From contig CAYMMZ010000001.1 of the NCBI GenBank assembly GCA_964391715.1, forward strand, positions 1 through 45,398: 45,398 nucleotides of DNA. Direction: 5' to 3'. Origin of the DNA: Candidatus Woesearchaeota archaeon (GTDB lineage: Archaea; Nanobdellota; Nanobdellia; Pacearchaeales; GW2011-AR1). The notes beneath the pieces are model-generated. The model was not told the DNA's origin, made no database searches, and saw nothing but the letters and a program-made list of their open reading frames with translations. This document shows, in pieces, positions 44,701 to 45,398 of the stretch (its first letter is position 1; each line of letters opens with the position of its first letter). The translations under genes were made by a program, and so were the position numbers.

Positions 44701-44808
44701 ATCAACACAATATTCCAGCCAGTAAGTATCTCTCTTGAAAGGGTAAGCAATCAGGACGTATTAGTGGTCTATGACCATGGTGGTGGAATAATTGCCTTCA
44801 CTCAATAA
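41743..44808 (+). CDS. giant membrane-anchored surface protein: Gly/Asp linker, 3 Cys/Asp-rich repeats, long LVIVD-like beta-propeller region
   Basis: Transmembrane helix IVVSIALIVSIGLFFLGL. GGGSGGGGGGSGGGGGS tract. CEDGTDNDGDGWIDLEDPGC, CSNNIDDDGDGLIDGYDPDC and CSDGIDNDNDGSIDYD. Recurrent strands such as AYVALGTSGVIRVN, LYAAANAQGLVEIDL, IYVAANSEGVYILEID and VLVVYDHGGGIIAF. Confidence 0.8.
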   Translation: MVREVVLRRIVVSIALIVSIGLFFLGLQIADSLITDSVGGDDISGDSGDSGIDDGGNNGDDGDDNSGSGDDGSGSGGGGSGGGGGGSGGGGGSDDGGSGSSNECEDGTDNDGDGWIDLEDPGCADGNDDDELNSDKGYTCSNNIDDDGDGLIDGYDPDCTSWTDEEDGSSSTPECSDGIDNDNDGSIDYDPNNPLGDLGCSDSNDNTENGEISTPLTQFSDSSSYNWPLVSRVSNDKQFLYRSDGRNLQMLDLNLLNSQTPPSIDQIVLKEVKIYSSTTDILEIGEDLFICGGDLGLHTIDSNLVSPVSRMDIHQRELWCTSLATAKLGTQDVLLALWSGFDDNELKVYDPVTKNTLASIPLSKSTGALVQGIGWDVETRGSNAYVALGTSGVIRVNWKDAVNGNPTNLIQGPLAVTNPNYNRSVKELLDVKDLSIIGGTLYAAANAQGLVEIDLAISWDPRMTTKTYFHENFKINKYPTKVESLIDSSGNTLIAVKTGDEPNWQEWGPYMMYGDITWKSTPIGRDLNILDTSAHDYEEGKIGGVVQNKLILFEKQSGGTTLQEVASGPHNGKIPGIKTMDFYQMGNDFMVYNEIPFIYKFSRDSSNNLQDAVMVDGDQFLQGHGFYIQGGMSVVNPSVLISGSDGAPHAFQKISGTSPSFSEVVGTYTVPHWMGLWDGARWVTSLGTEFAVQGAGGIYWYIREIDWSPSVPGMKGWKIPVDLNQGADQFGYTPRSYSNAEFDPDSDLVFMVRSESREGIVITDRTSIYNSAQNTALDGEFVPQILAKAVLHEESPSTKPPGYSKTETLWAYNPKFFRNTEGNKIVAVAASYYVDSTSPDYQKSKVVFYELPEPFDPSVPLKSAVMIGSSGPSSAVAVEIFDFENSQMAIVAGGAGEVSLHNITNLQGVLDGTLARTLLKPLSSWTVRNQPLTDRKPLVTDALVRDEIINGVQKTRIYVAANSEGVYILEIDKDSNGNLNLIEIGRINTIFQPVSISLERVSNQDVLVVYDHGGGIIAFTQ

Positions 44809-44830
44809 ATCCATAAACCTTTAATTAAAA

Positions 44831-44938
44831 CTATCTTCTCTTAAGCTTTCTCTTTCGCTTTTCTTTCTTAAGTCTCTTTCGTTGCCATTTCCAACGCATT
44901 TGACCTTTCTTCTTCCATCTTCTAGAACTTCTCTTCAT
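44831..44938 (-). CDS. rpl41e: 50S ribosomal protein L41e (eL41)
   Basis: 35-aa MKRSSRRWKKKGQMRWKWQRKRLKKEKRKRKLKRR matches the archaeal L41e pattern KRSSRRWKKKG.MRWKW..KRL (recalled from memory). Too short for the ORF track. Confidence 0.8.
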   Translation of the reverse strand: MKRSSRRWKKKGQMRWKWQRKRLKKEKRKRKLKRR

Positions 44939-44982
44939 AGTATTAATAACTTCAAATCTTCATTTATAAAGTTTTAGTAATC

Positions 44983-45291
44983 TCATTTCAGAAACCCAAA
45001 AAACTTCTGCTCAAAATCCACAACCTTACCATCCAAAACCCCAACTCCTTCTTTCTTTAAAATTTTAATCTTATTCCTAACACCTGAAGCAAAACCGCCA
45101 ATTCTTCCGCCACTACTAACAACTCTATGACAAGGAACTTGAGGAGCATAAGGATTTTTGTTCATAGCAGTCCCAACAGCACGATACGCCCGAGTCCCAA
45201 GAGCCTCCGCCAAAGCCTTATAAGTCGTCACACGACCCCGAGGAACTTTTCTCAACAAATCATAACACTTCTCGCTAAATGTTTTTTCCAT
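44983..45291 (-). CDS. ogt: methylated-DNA--protein-cysteine methyltransferase, catalytic domain only
   Basis: VPRGRVTTYKALAEALG...NKNPYAPQVPCHRVVSSGGRIGGF (PCHRV active site). At 102 aa it lacks the usual N-terminal domain. Confidence 0.9.
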   Translation of the reverse strand: MEKTFSEKCYDLLRKVPRGRVTTYKALAEALGTRAYRAVGTAMNKNPYAPQVPCHRVVSSGGRIGGFASGVRNKIKILKKEGVGVLDGKVVDFEQKFFGFLK

Positions 45292-45301
45292 TCAATATAA
45301 G

Positions 45302-45363
45302 TAGCCCTGCCAGGATTTGATCACCAGATCACCTACTGGGTCAAGCCTTGGTTCGAATCTCCA
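45302..45363 (-). other. second tRNA 3' trailer module with the same 24-nt insert as at tRNA-Lys
   Basis: 16-nt direct repeat 45302-45317 = 45364-45379 (the tRNA's 3' end). The 24-mer at 45318-45341 is identical to 26950-26973. GATTCGAACC (minus sense) is complementary to this tRNA's own T arm. Confidence 0.7.
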
Positions 45364-45398
45364 TAGCCCTGCCAGGATTCGAACCTGGGTCGCGAGGT
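45364..45398 (-). tRNA. tRNA, 3' part only (truncated by the window end); identity undetermined
   Basis: In minus sense: ...ACCTC GCGAC CCAGG-TTCGAAT-CCTGG CAGGGCT A. This shows a T arm and the 3' acceptor strand. An implied A1:U72 pair with A73 is initiator-like, but the anticodon lies outside the window. Confidence 0.7.

Overview
AT-rich (about one-third GC by eye) archaeal chromosome segment. Leaderless TATA-to-ATG spacing, bacterial-type accessory genes and giant surface proteins suggest a small-genome, DPANN-like lineage. All calls come from motif recognition by eye; no database search was run.

Most of the window is minus-strand information-processing genes:
- dnaG
- The conserved cluster rpoH-rpoB-rpoA-rpl30e-nusA-rps12-rps7-(2 ORFans)-fusA-(RHH cassette)-tuf
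- tRNA-Lys
- A compact dNTP/dTTP island: kinase::dcd, dut, nrdJ, nrdR, folA, thyX-like
- An mqo-like/doxX/HTH-regulator module
- rfcL-rfcS, rpl41e, ogt, and a second tRNA cut by the window edge

Plus-strand genes are a hinge-less smc, tag, and two adjacent giant secreted proteins (Cys/Asp-rich repeats plus a beta-helix or an LVIVD-type propeller).

The most unusual signals:
1. An SMC with SMC-type heads but a Rad50-like CPxC hook exactly at the coiled-coil midpoint and no hinge.
2. Both tRNA genes are followed by an interrupted second copy of their own 3' half carrying an identical 24-nt insert.
3. Three families of structured intergenic repeats with compensatory stem changes. One abuts the stop codons of four operon-terminal genes; one brackets smc.
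4. A fused rpoA.
5. A bacterial-type NrdR with tandem NrdR-box-like palindromes.
6. A GTTAACA-N3-GTTAACA operator pair around an HTH/Zn regulator.

No CRISPR array, rRNA, transposase or integrase gene was seen.
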